In this document: positions 31,601 to 43,179 of the stretch, in pieces | Position numbering within the stretch: the first letter of the stretch is position 1 | Layout: each line of letters begins with the position of its first letter | Assembly (NCBI GenBank): GCA_004764695.1 | Contig: SMSO01000014.1 | Coordinates: 1,545,648-1,609,647, forward strand | Reading direction: 5' to 3' | DNA: 64,000 nt | Source of the DNA: Schizochytrium sp. TIO01 | Lineage: Eukaryota > Protista > Bigyra: Labyrinthulomycetes | Made by a program: the position numbers and the translations under genes | Notes under the pieces: model-generated | Told to the model about the DNA's origin: nothing | Databases searched by the model: none | Seen by the model: the letters and a program-made list of their open reading frames with translations, nothing else

Positions 31601-33697
31601 TCATCAACTGGTCAGATAGATCTCACACGTCCTTCTTCTGTTAGCACGAGCAGTGTGGGTAGCATGAATACCAGCACTATCCCAGATAAAAGTGATCATG
31701 CCTCTGAGAGCAGAGTATCAGCGCAGGAAGCTATTGTATCTGAGCTACGAGAAAGGGAGAAACAATTGAAGTTAGACTTTAGCAATCATATATCCCAGCT
31801 AGAGTCTAAACTCGAGAACCTCACTAATGAGCGTGCGAGTTTGCTTGCTAAAGTGCATTTCCTGGAGCAGTCCAAAGAAAATATTGAAAATGCTCATGAT
31901 AAGCTCCAGAAGGACCGCGATGACCTTCAAGCAAGAGTTACTAGACTAAGCGATACATCTGCTCATGAGAAAGCTTTGACAGATGTTGTAGTGGCCCGCG
32001 ATGCTCTTGTTGTTGAAAATTCTACCTTGAAGCATGCACTGGAAAATTTGAAAGCAAGCCATGAAGAGAAAATAGCAAATTCCGTGGAAGCTGCGGCCCA
32101 CGCAAATGCTCAGGTGAGCAAAGTATTAAATCAACTTAATAATGCTCGGATGCAGCATGAGTCGGAACGCTTGAAGTGGCTTGCAGAGAAAGAAAACCTC
32201 GCAGAGCAAGTTAGAGAGCGGAAAATAGTTGAAGACAAAGTCAAAGAAAGTGAAACTATTCAAGCGAGTTTAGAGGAGAAGTTGGCGAATCTGCAAACCG
32301 AACTTCAACAGCTAGAATCTCATCGTGATGAGTTGATTGATGGCCGGAAAAAATTTGAGAAACTAGCTAATGCAAAATATCAGCAAGCTCTGGAAGATGA
32401 ACGCAAAGGACGCTTAGAAGCTATGGATGTCGCATTCGAAGAACGAATTCGTGGGCTTTTGAGCGAGAAGCAGGGTCTTGTTAATGAGTTACGTGAACAG
32501 TCAAGCAAATTCAAAGATCGTATAGGAAATTTGGAAAGTGACAATCAGCGTCTTCAAGCTGAAGTTCGTGATCAGGCACACGAGCTACGTACTTCTAACG
32601 GAAATGTTTTGACTTTACAGGGGCAGCTGGATAATACTAACAAAGCAATGAGCACGGTAGAGGAGGAGCTGCGAAAGGCAAAGTCTACCCAACAAAACCT
32701 TGAGGATTTTGCAAAGGAAAACGTCGCCCGGAGTGATGTTCTTGCAAAGAACCTAGCTACAACTTCTGCTCGCGAGCAGCAGCTAGAGGCTAGAGTATTA
32801 GCCTTGCAAGACGAGAACCAAAGAATGCAGGCACAAATGCACCAGCTCAAGCAGCAAAAGCAACATGAGCATCATCAACAACAGCAAATTCAAACGCAGG
32901 GAAATTACTCTGACTGTGATACAGAACAATCCTTTACGTACAATCCGTCCGAAGAATGTAAATCAAGTCCTAGGGTCACCTATAAGACACAGTTTAAGCA
33001 GCATCCAATTGTGAAGACCCCGATGGAGCTCCCGCGGGGTGAAGAAAACTGGTCTGAAACTCTAGAGCGGATGCAAAATCAGCATGAAAAAGAGTTGCAG
33101 GATGCTGTCACCGCCACTGCACACAAAACAAGTGATATGTGGCGTCGTAAAACACAGGAGCAAGTAGCAGATCATCGCGAACAAATGAATAAAATGCAAC
33201 ACATACTAGAGTTAGAACGAGAGCGACACCAAAGCGCAATTCGAGAGTACGAGCTTAAGCTATGCTTTGTTAAACAGCAGGCTAGAAGTGAATGTGCCTC
33301 GGCCGCTGCAGACGCAGAACGACTTTCGGTCTTTAATGAGAGGCTGTGGGCACAGCAGCAGCTGCAGCAAGAGCAGCAAAATACATCAAACCATATGCAT
33401 CGAAGGCAATCAACCATCGACATGGGATATATGAGACCATTAACTCCAATGTCAAATTGTTATTTAGATGCGCCAGTAGCCTCTCCAAGTAATGGCACGT
33501 GCTCCTCTACCCAGCTTGGAATTCACATAGCGTCGCTTCGTGAACAATGTCGCTCTGTACGTTCAGTACGAGCAAGACCTCTAGCCATGCAAGAAGATTT
33601 GGAAAACATTTTTCATGCTGAAGAGAACATCAGTCGTATCTCTGGAACCTCAGGTGCTGAGACAAGTTTCAAGTCATATTCCCAATTAAATTTGTAA
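28649..33697 (+). CDS. Ser-rich protein with CEP164-type WW module and long coiled coil (centrosome/basal-body-like)
   Basis: First ATG at 28649 in a 1707-codon [33 protein letters not shown]…[15 protein letters not shown] matches the helical extension plus WW seen at the CEP164 N-terminus. Heptad-rich E/K/Q region at ~aa 1050-1600. Confidence 0.8.
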   Translation: MAEQRVKQWEQMTSEERFKERARRKREKLSRKLQDNSNDHVNAYYMSKAEDDNSDNSSEGEASGSEESDEESASSMYSRSQSESAASTRQHLKLESSVASISKTTSTGATSYDQSDGEASAGKSFIKSIDSPRERSQSTSRSATGSGSGSESGSESGSASGSESGSESGSESGSESGSESGSESGSESGSESGSESGSESGSESGNGSRSGSTSRSDSESGSEPDSKSLQSNSLYDLSSSTPQVKGNMEIIPQQDDSRAPKAFRNYLCDDQGSCLLSPDTATTEAESYVEQSIQSQGGSLLAPKSHSGTESETESGSESGSESGSESGSESGSESGSESGSESGSESGSESGSKSESGSESESESESESESESESESELESGSESGSESGLGNESKPDYLSDNSDSAKLLKGHSVHIVNPILQTGSSSDKGKTSGSHSHEYQNIEESRVEVDTNHNEILVEDFGADGEQHGFSPLHDSQSRRAISSELIDPNVSTPKFLHTPRPMVESPDVVSQTFESSRLLPPRTETVAQVEIQDPETPPALPPRFALIQKIDRSMAPESHEGRGISEKTIPKSSQAQPQPVTLTKLPSTDSKAGSKVTSALHHGKRNDSRSNSSSGPDSNSRLELGSTSDSESDSSPNSDSNSSSESGSESESGSESGSASGSASGSDSSSESGSESESDSGSDSGSDSGSDSGSDSGSDSGSVSESPSSKSGRDTPLSSRSKYRSTIVSKSDNKPSRLFSPSAKSNLDSEIESDSEMGPSAIESADTKEILSVCTDSPKAHIQPEKEALYQHARELGMDPDVDTAFLFIARQSMSAKLPENWVRGISEEGDTYYYRTDTGESQWTHPRQKEFQALFQKKKALQNLSHQAAKDNRAHDVRMSDQISASSIFMSPADAQARVNAASVDNHFEAGEKGVLPPLPPKPEQLRSPPMSPVRKDVSPDIERPASLYANKKPHSSLALRRSTSRHESFGNIPNKFARQSSTGQIDLTRPSSVSTSSVGSMNTSTIPDKSDHASESRVSAQEAIVSELREREKQLKLDFSNHISQLESKLENLTNERASLLAKVHFLEQSKENIENAHDKLQKDRDDLQARVTRLSDTSAHEKALTDVVVARDALVVENSTLKHALENLKASHEEKIANSVEAAAHANAQVSKVLNQLNNARMQHESERLKWLAEKENLAEQVRERKIVEDKVKESETIQASLEEKLANLQTELQQLESHRDELIDGRKKFEKLANAKYQQALEDERKGRLEAMDVAFEERIRGLLSEKQGLVNELREQSSKFKDRIGNLESDNQRLQAEVRDQAHELRTSNGNVLTLQGQLDNTNKAMSTVEEELRKAKSTQQNLEDFAKENVARSDVLAKNLATTSAREQQLEARVLALQDENQRMQAQMHQLKQQKQHEHHQQQQIQTQGNYSDCDTEQSFTYNPSEECKSSPRVTYKTQFKQHPIVKTPMELPRGEENWSETLERMQNQHEKELQDAVTATAHKTSDMWRRKTQEQVADHREQMNKMQHILELERERHQSAIREYELKLCFVKQQARSECASAAADAERLSVFNERLWAQQQLQQEQQNTSNHMHRRQSTIDMGYMRPLTPMSNCYLDAPVASPSNGTCSSTQLGIHIASLREQCRSVRSVRARPLAMQEDLENIFHAEENISRISGTSGAETSFKSYSQLNL
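29090..29263 (+). repeat. Coding 12-bp minisatellite (tctggcagtgag / tctgggagcgag) encoding (SGSE)n
   Basis: Tandem 12-mers directly visible. Confidence 0.9.
29591..29818 (+). repeat. Coding 12-bp minisatellite (tcagggtcagag)x9 followed by (tcagar)n, encoding (SGSE)n and (SE)n
   Basis: Nine perfect copies at 29591-29698, then a degenerate continuation. Confidence 0.9.
30689..30760 (+). repeat. Coding 12-bp minisatellite (tctgactctggg)x6 encoding (SDSG)6
   Basis: Six perfect copies directly visible. Confidence 0.9.
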
Positions 33698-34040
33698 GTT
33701 TTACATAGACATTTAAAAAACAGATATTGCTTTTCGTGAATTTTCTGTTTCAAGTGGCGTAAAATGAAGAAAATTTAGACAAGGTTTAAAAAAAAGTTTA
33801 AAAATAGGTCTAGGAATGATAAATGCCGAGGATTCTGCTGAGACGATTCGCTAGTGTTTAGAATCAAACAAAAATACTGTACACGGGACTAGTATTTAAG
33901 ACAAGTAATTCTATTCCTTTTAAGAGTCTCGCGGTACTTTCTTTGAAAGAAAAAAAGAGGAAAAGAAATGATGAAAAAGAGGACTTGAAGAGATAAGAGT
34001 CGCCTCGCCGTTCGTATGGCAAACTGGTTAATTACAAATT

Positions 34041-35711
34041 CTAGACCCGTCCTCGTTTATCAAAATGACCAGGCAAGTATAAATCGTCTGGTTTCCGTTT
34101 TCCAAGCAAATTTGGATCTCCATCAGCCAAAGAAAGCATATTAATTTCATTCGAAATAAGCCCTCCATCGACATGGCCATAGAAATTCACATCATGCATA
34201 TTTTGGCGATATGGGTGCTGTGGTTGCACTGGCTGCTGCTGGAAATGATGGCGTTGAGGTGATAGATTGTCGTTCATGGGAGGTGCTATGGGCGCTGAAA
34301 AATTTCCAGGATGGTTTGTTACAAAATGATCATCATAAAATTCTTGTCTTGCAGATGGAATGACCATCATAGGCGACATCCCATCCGCTGGGGGCCGGGA
34401 TTGGTCACCTAAGGGATAATAATGTGCATCATTTCGTGGTTGGGCAATATCCTCCGCAAAGGTGATATGTCTATCACTTGAAACTCGTGAGGTTAAGGTA
34501 GTCCCATTGAGCGCACTAGGTTTGACGAATCGAGCTGAATGTGCTTCATTTGGATGAACATTTGACCCAGTGTGAGAGTTTTTGCTTGTTGGTAGTGAAT
34601 AACCATCCGCGTGCATTCGGGTGTTACCCGTACCGATCATCTCGTCTTCATCGTCGATGTCATTGTCGTCCTCTTCATCATCGTCTTCGTCATCATCTTC
34701 TTCCTTCTCGTCGAACTCGTGAGAGGCGCCGTGAGGATCTCCACCATTGGTAGAGCTAGAAGCTGCGTTACGTTTATTCGAAGTCCGCTGCCGCCGTTTT
34801 TCTCGTTGTCTATCTTTGCGCTCGTCTTCTATGCGCTTTGCTACGTAAGCTGGTTTTGGAAGAGAGCGCCGCTTCTTCTTCATCCGCCATACATGTGGGG
34901 GGAGCTTGCTGCAGAGCTCACATGTTCGTGTCTTTTCAAATCGACAATCTTGAAGATGAAACATGAGAGCACGAGAAGACCTACAACTTCCCATTTCATT
35001 TCTGAAATGGCAAGGGTCATCTAAACACGACATGACATGGTCATAGAGGGCTGCAATGCTATCATCACCCATATTCTTTCCATGCTTTAGAAGAAAAGCA
35101 GTGAATAGCTGGACAAGCTTTTTCGCTTTGGCTGCTTCTTTTCGCTTGCGACTGGACATTTTCTCCTCAAAAGGTACAACACGGCGCTTCAAATTATCAA
35201 AAAAGTTGCAAAATCTGCAACTCTCGAGGCATACACCAACCACCCCTTCACTTCGCATTTTTCGCAAGTGTTCTACAAAGGGTTGAAGCTCCTTGCAGAG
35301 ACTGACCTCACATGTGGGCGCTTTTTTGCACTCTACGCAGTGATTCCAGGCCTTTAAAGTAGCCTCGCAAATCTCAATATTCCCCTTTTGCATTTTGCTG
35401 ATAGCTTCGCTCTCGGATTCATCGGCTTCGTATTCTGAGGCTTCCTCTCGGTCGTGGCCAGAATTCAACACCACGCCGGCACGAGAAGGTCCTCCTTGGC
35501 CAAGGGTTGTCATGGCAGAGTCGAGGGCTTCCTGCAGCTTTTCTGGCCCCACAAGTTTCTGCAAGTCTTGCACAACTCTTCGCTGATTCACTGGCCGCGG
35601 ATCAGCGCTGTATGAGACGTATAGCTTGTCAATATCCCCGTGTTTTCCCTTTGACACAACGGTCTTTAAATATTGTATTAGCTTGTACGCATCAACGCCC
35701 TCCATTTGCAT
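34041..35711 (-). CDS. TAZ-type zinc-finger protein (two H-x3-C-x4/5-C modules), probable nuclear transcriptional regulator
   Basis: HCVECKKAPTCEVSLC…H…C…CRFC and HVMSCLDDPC…C…HLQDC…CELC resemble TAZ fingers. Basic NLS-like KKKRR and REKRRQR, an acidic D/E tract, and C-terminal KRK…KRGR. Confidence 0.7.
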   Translation of the reverse strand: MQMEGVDAYKLIQYLKTVVSKGKHGDIDKLYVSYSADPRPVNQRRVVQDLQKLVGPEKLQEALDSAMTTLGQGGPSRAGVVLNSGHDREEASEYEADESESEAISKMQKGNIEICEATLKAWNHCVECKKAPTCEVSLCKELQPFVEHLRKMRSEGVVGVCLESCRFCNFFDNLKRRVVPFEEKMSSRKRKEAAKAKKLVQLFTAFLLKHGKNMGDDSIAALYDHVMSCLDDPCHFRNEMGSCRSSRALMFHLQDCRFEKTRTCELCSKLPPHVWRMKKKRRSLPKPAYVAKRIEDERKDRQREKRRQRTSNKRNAASSSTNGGDPHGASHEFDEKEEDDDEDDDEEDDNDIDDEDEMIGTGNTRMHADGYSLPTSKNSHTGSNVHPNEAHSARFVKPSALNGTTLTSRVSSDRHITFAEDIAQPRNDAHYYPLGDQSRPPADGMSPMMVIPSARQEFYDDHFVTNHPGNFSAPIAPPMNDNLSPQRHHFQQQPVQPQHPYRQNMHDVNFYGHVDGGLISNEINMLSLADGDPNLLGKRKPDDLYLPGHFDKRGRV

Positions 35712-37788
35712 TTGGTATTCTGTCCACTACCTTTTCTGGTTACTATGATCCTTCTGTGCCTTTTAATAACAAAATACTCAGTCAAGCTGTTAAACCGTCT
35801 CTAATATTGACGCTTGAACAAGGCTTTACGGTTGACAGCAAAAAAACGTGCACAATTTGATCAAAGCAAAAAAGGAATTAAAGCAAAATTGTCGCGCTCT
35901 AAACTTTTTTGGTTCGTGTCAAAGATCACAATAAAATGAAAAGTCTCTTGGACGTCAGAGTTGCGACAACAACAACAACGATACGGAGGAAAACAAAGCC
36001 GTGGGTGTACGCAAAAGAGAGCAGTTCTTTTTGGAGGGGCTTGCGCAATCTCACAAGTCTTTCTGTACGTCTTCGATGCTCGCAGGCGTGAGAAGCACCC
36101 CTCCCTCCAGGTTGATTTGTTGTGCTTGCTCACGAAGAGGCAGCGAAATGACGTGCCCAAGTTTCAAGCAGCAGTCAACTGCACGCACTGGGTTTGAACT
36201 TTAAAACGATGGAGCGCTTGTCGCCCTAGAAGGGAGCGGCTCTTGTCTCGGGCGGTCTGCGCCAGGGACTCTGTCCGCGCCCCCTTCGGGTATACCCGCC
36301 TTGCCGCCAGCCGGGCTCTAGCCCGCTCCTCGAGGACCCTTTCGCGGCGCTGCGCTTGCAAATCGACGACGAGAATGTGTCAATTTGAATTTGATTTCTC
36401 CTCTTCTTCAAAGCAATTCTTTCACCTTTTGTTATTTATTAATTATTATCGATAATCTTAAAAAACAAAAAACTTTATTCTCTTTCCAACTCTTTACCGC
36501 TCCTTACTATCCTCTTAGTCATTCAATTAACTCTGCGTATGAATTTATCCTTTTGTTCAAAGTGAGTGTACGTAGTCTCATCTTCTATAGCTATTACTAG
36601 TCCTGCAAAGTCACTTTCCTAGCTAGCACGACATACGACATGAAAGGAGCACTTTTGCCCACCTCAGTTCTGGTCCTCCCCTCACTACTCCACTGCCTCT
36701 ACCGAGTGCCCTCTGATGCCCTCTGACGGGGTTGAGAACCGACAGGGGATTGAAAGCCTTCTGAAGGGACTGTGTGTCTGTCTGTCGTCTGTCTGTCTTC
36801 ACTTCCCCACCTTCTTTCACATGTTTTTCTATGTCTCTCTCTGTCTGTCTTTCTGTCGGAACTCCCTTCAGCTCCGCCACGCCCTCTCACGAGTTATGTG
36901 AGGAGGATACCTCAAAAGATTTGATCCCCATTGATTGAAAAGTGTGACTAATGATGAGATATACCAATTCTACGCAGTGGGAAGAGAGGAGGGTTAGGGC
37001 CATGTGGGGAAGTTGGGGGGAAGTGTGCATGTGCGGGCTCGAAGGGCCACTATTGAGAGTTCTAGTACTGCCAATTAGCCGCTGAGGTGAGTGAAAGACA
37101 CACCAGAGCGAATGCGTTGGATTTCCTCCAACGAATTCGAGTGAAAGACAGATGGGTGTCCAAGGATGTCATTCATTCGACAGCACATGCAAGAATGTGA
37201 CTCTCGCAGGCTAATTTGCAAGGCTATAGAGGCTGCATCTTCGCATCACCAGAGCAGCGAGGTCTTTGCTTGCGTGGAGAGCCAGACGAAGAAGCGGACC
37301 CTTTAGACAGAAGAAAATGCGTCCTGGAAGAGCGAGCAAAACAGTGTCTTAGCCGTCCCTGATAGAGCTGGATGGTTCCCTTGGCACAAGAGTGTGATCA
37401 CAAGACGGAGTGTAGTGACTGGGATGCGACGTGAGGAAATCGTGGACGAAGTATGTTAAAGAGGCTCAGAAGCAAGTGGGGGGATGGAAGAATAGACCAA
37501 TGTGGTTTCCAAGGAGGATTTAACTCAATCGAAGGGGTAAATAATTTTTGCATCATAAATTAAAGTTTGTTTGCCCGTGAGGTGTCCATCGGGTCGGTCA
37601 TTCTCCCAGGCTGACCCTCCGTGAAAGCCGCGGCAAATTTGCGAATTTTAATTTGGTGCTATTGTGCTGTTGTATTAAAAAAATAACAAGTAAAAAATAT
37701 GAATTAGAAAATGGCACCAAAAGAATATATGCAAGAGAGGTACCGCCGGGTGCTTTCAATCTCAATGTAACCTTTGAAAATAGCAGAC

Positions 37789-39186
37789 TTAGACAATTAG
37801 TCTAGCGAAGTCGTTTTCGATTAACCCGAGCGTTTGTTGAGTACATGACCCAGAACTGGCAACATCGAGGCCAGCTTGACAAACTGTTAAAGGTAATAGA
37901 GCGAAAGTGCACTCTACATTGTCACAAAATACACCTACATAGCTTTTATACGGGTCCACTTCGACACGAAGAGTACAACCAAATGGTAATACATGTGATG
38001 CAATTAGCTTTAACTGGACACAACTATTGCTGGTAAAATCAACCTCAATAGTATTCGGCTGTTGACCTAGCAGCGGTGCTGGGCCTTTCTGACCGGTAAA
38101 TGGTATATCTCGCCCTTTCATATTAGAAAGCCTTTCGACATCCTCACCTCCTGTAATGTTTCTCGGTGTCTTATTTGAAACTACCAAGGACATGGTCTTC
38201 CATAGAGTAGGAATGTCATCGCCTACACCTAGACCAACTGGGCGTTGGTTTCGGGCTATATATTCTGAAACAGAACACTCTTCTAGCAGAGCCTTTGTCT
38301 CAAGCACAGGTAGTGCTACTTGGAGCCATAATGATTGTGGAAAGGGTTCTTTGCTACTTTCTTGAGTTGTACCTCTTGATTTTCCAATGACGTTTGCCCT
38401 AGATTTTGCGCGAAGAATCATTGTACTTTTGCCATTGAGTTGAAAATTGTACAGGCATTGAAGAAGACCTTTGCAAAGAGCCTTACGTCCTTCAGCACTA
38501 AGTGAAACGTGTTCACCTAGTGTTGCACGAGCAGTTTGCATGTCTACAGATAGATGCTGCGTTTCGCATGTTGACTGATCATAAATCTCAATGTCAAGAT
38601 AAGAGCTGGATGAGTCGAGGTGGCCTTTACTTACTACCTCGTACACAGAGATAAGCTTTCGTGCATTATTGAGAATCATTCCTTGCTGGTGAAGACGAAT
38701 TTTAAAGCCTTTTTCAATAGAAATGCCTAATTCCTTGCGCTCATTGTTTCTTTCAATTTCCTTCAGAGCTCGCTTGTGGTTCCTCGTCGGCCGATTGAAC
38801 GAGAAAGCCTTTTTTACATTTATTTGCTTCAGTGGCGTGGTGTCGTCCCGGCTTTGGTAATGTGACTTAGTCCGCGTTGTCTCTTTAAACTGTGTTCCAA
38901 GTCGTTTCTTATGCCACGGGTCTGTAGTGGTTGATAAAGAGCTTTGAAGCTCTTCCTTTCTACAAGACTTCACATTGAGACTTTCTAGTCTACGCTGACG
39001 AACTTTATGCTGATCCTTCTCTCGTTTGCTAATCTGCTTCAAATAGTCGTATTCTGTGCGAGCTTGGCTAAGACGTGCATCTAGGTTCTCATTCTCACGT
39101 CTAATTTGCCTTTTCTCGCTGCGACGAGTACTTTGTCCAGCTAGTACTCTATTCTTCAAGAATGTGTTGTTGTGTTTGGTTTTCAT
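37789..39186 (-). CDS. Hypothetical basic protein; N-terminus resembles the CFAP97/hemingway coiled motif
   Basis: 480-codon ORF; the track starts at GTG 39231, the first ATG is 39186, and the true start is uncertain. EKRQIRRENENLDARLSQ and FSFNR…KRALKEIERNN recall the CFAP97 'R..I.REN..L..RL' pattern, a weak match. Confidence 0.55.
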   Translation of the reverse strand: MKTKHNNTFLKNRVLAGQSTRRSEKRQIRRENENLDARLSQARTEYDYLKQISKREKDQHKVRQRRLESLNVKSCRKEELQSSLSTTTDPWHKKRLGTQFKETTRTKSHYQSRDDTTPLKQINVKKAFSFNRPTRNHKRALKEIERNNERKELGISIEKGFKIRLHQQGMILNNARKLISVYEVVSKGHLDSSSSYLDIEIYDQSTCETQHLSVDMQTARATLGEHVSLSAEGRKALCKGLLQCLYNFQLNGKSTMILRAKSRANVIGKSRGTTQESSKEPFPQSLWLQVALPVLETKALLEECSVSEYIARNQRPVGLGVGDDIPTLWKTMSLVVSNKTPRNITGGEDVERLSNMKGRDIPFTGQKGPAPLLGQQPNTIEVDFTSNSCVQLKLIASHVLPFGCTLRVEVDPYKSYVGVFCDNVECTFALLPLTVCQAGLDVASSGSCTQQTLGLIENDFARLIV

Positions 39187-39231
39187 CACGCTAGCTTTGA
39201 CTCCTTCCGTATCGCTTCTTTCAACATCCAC

Positions 39232-39721
39232 ATTGTCTTTTCTTTTCTAGCCGAAGGAAAGCTAATTCTTCAGCTCATTTATTGGTCTCAGCTCTATTCA
39301 AGGTCGTGGCACGTTTGGGTCCCCAACTTCGCGAATACCCTGTCAAGCAGTTGCTACGCTTGCAAAATTATTTATTTTGCTTGTTCGCAGCGCGCATAGC
39401 GTCAGGCTCACTACTCAGTCAAGTCTAAGTAAAGGCTCTTCTCAAATTTATCCGTTTCAGGATTTTCTCAAAGAGCAGCGCGTGCACCGCACCACTATCA
39501 CTAGAGTTCCTATATGTACTACTAGTAGAGCTTCTAACTAAGGAAGAAGCGAAACGCGGGGTTAGTGAAGTAGCGGGTCTGAGCGCGAAATCCAATTGTC
39601 ATTTCGAGCATCAGGCATGGCAATAGTTTTTGCTGCGGCACACAACACAAGTTCGGGAAAACTCTTCACAAAGAAGACCTCGCAGGTCTAGATTTTACAA
39701 GGAGGCCTGCAAGAGCTCACG
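39232..39721. promoter_or_regulatory. Short putative bidirectional promoter between the divergent CFAP97-like and WW-PH genes
   Basis: Head-to-head ORFs about 0.5 kb apart. No specific element identified. Confidence 0.4.
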
Positions 39722-40918
39722 ATGGCCTCCTTTGCATCGAGAACTCCAAGCTCGGTGCCAAAGCCGGAAACAGTAAAGGCAGCAGGAGCAACTGCAGAAT
39801 CGAGACTTGGAAAAGAAGCACAAATTGAGAGACATGGGTACCAGCCAGGCGATGACAAGTTGGAAAAGAGAAGGCTGAAGATTTGGGTGCATTGCGAGGA
39901 TAATGAGCAGAGATCTTTCTTTCATGAACATGCCACAGGTACATCAGTCTGGGAACTACCAGAGGGCCCCGACGATTGGTTGGAGACTGTTGATCCAAAT
40001 ACCGGCGAATCATTCTACTTTAATGCAGCTACAAACTTATCCACATGGGAGCACCCCGCCGAATCTTCAACAGATTCGGATTGGGTGGAATGTATTGATA
40101 ATACCACGGGGCGAACCTTTTATTACCATGTGCAAGAGCGTAAATCTGTGTGGCAGAAGCCTGAACTAGAGCGTAGTGTATCTTCACTGGAGGCCGAAGA
40201 CACGGTACCTCCCTTGACAAAGCGCATGTCAAGTCGCCGCAAGCCCTCACGGACACTGAAAAAGACTTTGACTCGGGATGACTCCACTGTTCCTCGACGC
40301 AATTTCAATGTTATGTCGTCTACTCCTTCCTCCTCGTCTTCATCTTTGCATGGTCATGCGAGAAACCTAAGCACAGGTTCCAGTACTTTAGAGGATGGGG
40401 ATACAGGCGATGAGGATGATGGCAATACAAGCAATGAAGAAACGAAATCAGAAGAGGAAGATACGCAGCTTGAACATGAAGAAAACGAAGAGTCGCTTCT
40501 TGATGAGGACTCCGAGTTCGCTGAAGGCGAATATCATGACTATGTTCTTAAAGAGGGTGGTGGCACAACAGTCTTTGGGCGAAAATCATGGAAAAAGCGG
40601 TTTATGGTACTCAAACATGGAGAGCTAGGTTGGTTCCGCTCATACAAGGAATATGCCGGAGGATCTATGCCCTTAAAAGGCCGCTGGACTTCTCTGGCAA
40701 GCTATCGTTTAGAAGAAATGCTTCAAGATAACCTGGGCATTCGTTTGATTCCTGTCGATCCCGGTGCGGGAGAGCGTGTTTGGAACATTCGCTGCAGCGA
40801 CCAGAATAAGAAGGACAGATTCATTGATGCAATATCCCCACATATTGTATCTACCTCCTTTGTGAAATCATTGGATAAGGTTCTTTCAGGAAGGCGATTT
40901 CTAAGTGTCACGGATTAA
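39722..40918 (+). CDS. Triple WW domain + C-terminal PH domain adaptor protein
   Basis: Three WW repeats (WVHC…FFHEHATGTSVWELP; WLET…FYFNAATNLSTWEHP; WVEC…FYYHVQERKSVWQKP), an acidic linker, and a PH domain YVLKEGG…RKSWKKRFMVLK…KDRFIDAI. Confidence 0.9.
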   Translation: MASFASRTPSSVPKPETVKAAGATAESRLGKEAQIERHGYQPGDDKLEKRRLKIWVHCEDNEQRSFFHEHATGTSVWELPEGPDDWLETVDPNTGESFYFNAATNLSTWEHPAESSTDSDWVECIDNTTGRTFYYHVQERKSVWQKPELERSVSSLEAEDTVPPLTKRMSSRRKPSRTLKKTLTRDDSTVPRRNFNVMSSTPSSSSSSLHGHARNLSTGSSTLEDGDTGDEDDGNTSNEETKSEEEDTQLEHEENEESLLDEDSEFAEGEYHDYVLKEGGGTTVFGRKSWKKRFMVLKHGELGWFRSYKEYAGGSMPLKGRWTSLASYRLEEMLQDNLGIRLIPVDPGAGERVWNIRCSDQNKKDRFIDAISPHIVSTSFVKSLDKVLSGRRFLSVTD

Positions 40919-41381
40919 ACTTTACGCGTGTGAATAAACATAGAAAACGCTACAGAGCCACCTTCTTTGCATGTAAAAGCAAGTTTTGCGAAAGGATTCG
41001 AAAAAGTATGATATTATAACCTTTTAAACGATACTAGATTTTCACGAGTGTAATCATACATTTTAGATAACTTTTCAGTGGATATAATACTGGGATATAA
41101 AGAAGAGCAGCCAGGTATCCAAGAAATAAAAAAACAGATATTCCGTTTAATTTGACATGCGTGCATAAAATCGCATGCGCTTACAATTTGCACTTGATTA
41201 TGACTTTTCATTCTTATTGTTTAATTCGACACAAATGTTAGTCACATAAAGATATAGTGGGAAACAAGAGAGATTGGGCACTTCTTTGCTTTTCGCTGAT
41301 TTCCCTTGAAAAAATGGAGAAAATCAGGGAAAGGGATAGTTTATGAATTGCTTGATTTGCTGTACTGTAGGCACTTTACGA

Positions 41382-42730
41382 CTAATACGTTGAATTTGTA
41401 GAAGTCTCCGCCGGTGTCATATGTTGATCTTCCCCAGTGGTTGATGATGTACTCATGATTCCTGCCATATGGTGGTGGTGATGATGATGGTCCTCATCAT
41501 CATCATCATCATCATCATCATCGTGCATGTGCATGTGCTCGGAGTGGACATGGTTTAAGCCAGCAGAGTCCTGCGGTCCTTCGTTGTGGTGTTCTTCATC
41601 ATTTACTAGGGAAGAAGACTGGACAGATGGATCATGGTTCCCATCAACTTGGTCATCACCTTCCCGCGCAAGGTCTGATTGTGATGACTTCTTTTCTAGA
41701 GCAATGTGAGCATCCAACGTTGGAACCGGCGGAATCGGCAAAAAAATCTCACCCGGCTCAAAGATAGGCCCCGAGGCCCTGGTCTTTGTTTTTGAGTCTT
41801 TATAAGCGAGGTATAAACAGGCTCTTCGCCCACCATCAAGCTTTCGAAGACCCATAAAGAACTTTAACACGTCAGTGCCATGCTTGCACTTATCCCAGAC
41901 CCATCCTCGGGCGCCTTTTTCTCGCAAACGTCGCCAATATTCCATGGATACATGAAGAAACTTGTAAAAAAACGATGACTCCGGGAGATGGCCACGCTTT
42001 TCGAGATACCGCATGAGTTTAGAAAGTGGAGGTAAGACCACCTTTTTCATGCTTTCATGTTTACGCTTTTCCTCCTTAAGGTTTTTTTCCATTATTGCCA
42101 TGCGCGCTGAGACCTTATGAAGAAGCTGGTATTTTGGTAGCGCTAACAAATCCTCAACTGAAGAATCCAATTTCTCACGCGCGATTTGTTGGATTGTACG
42201 TGAGTAGCGACGATATGTTTGTCTAGTTGTTTGGCAATTTTGGCACAGTCCACGACGAGAACTTTCAAGTCTTGTTGTGCAGTTTGGTGATCTCGCGATG
42301 ACATGGCCGGGTTCCAAGACTTCCTCCATTTCGTTCACTTGAACAGTGTTAAGTGCTTGGTTAGCAGGAATCTCGAACCCTGAACATTCATATTCAACTT
42401 CGTGCTCCTCACTCAGTAGCGTGTTTGTGTCTTTTTGCATCAATGGAACGCTCACCTGGTTACCACTAGTCATACCTTGTTGGGTTTCTAAGGTTCGCAA
42501 TATATTCGACTGGTCTTGTGGAACGCTTGTCGAAGTGTGGACGATGGGAATGCTATTCACTCCTCTTCCTTGCCTTCCCAGTGGGGGCCATGGTAGAAAT
42601 TTGCGTCCCAACAGGCTCATTTAAAACAGATGAATGTTCGGATTGTGCTTGCTGTGAAGATAATAGAGACGACGACGATGATGATGATGAACTTTGTTCT
42701 ACGTTTTGCAGTAAACCTTGCTGTGAATTC

Positions 42731-42781
<51 letters not shown>

Positions 42782-43179
42782 CTTTGTCTTTGCTGCTGCT
42801 GAGAATGATGTTGTTGGCGTTGATGCTGTTGAGGAGTGGGCTCCGGGCGCCAAACGTCATCTCCGTTTTTATGAATATTAGAGAAGGCAGAGTAGGCTCC
42901 TGCATTCATAGTACTTGAAGAGCTTGCACGATTATTTGCAGATGTCACAGCAGTGGTGCTCGCGAGTGCGTCGATGCCAGTATTGTCTTCTTCAATTGGC
43001 TGCCACACGTCATCCTTGTCTACCTGGGCTCTGCTTTGCCCATTGCGAAACGAGGCAGGCGCCATCAAGATAGGTGTCATTGTGGGAGCTTGTTCATTTT
43101 CGTTTCTCCTACGTTTTATACCAGCAACCATATTTTGTTCCTGCTGATGCTCTTGTTGTTGATGATGATTAGCGCTCAT
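41382..43179 (-). CDS. PolyQ/low-complexity nuclear-type protein with a Cys cluster and a P-element-transposase-N-terminus-like module; apparent +1 frameshift near 42553-42620
   Basis: ORFs 42553..43179 (Q-rich, KRRR) and 41382..42620 overlap by 68 nt in adjacent frames, and the second frame is closed by a TAA just upstream of 42620. The second part has CSG…RSPNC…CQNC, a coiled coil, then KFFMGLRKLDGGRRACLYL…LPIPPVPTL and a D/H-rich tail. Confidence 0.65.
42731..42780 (-). repeat. (CAA)n microsatellite encoding polyglutamine
   Basis: (gtt)n tract on the + strand inside ORF 42553..43179. Confidence 0.9.
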
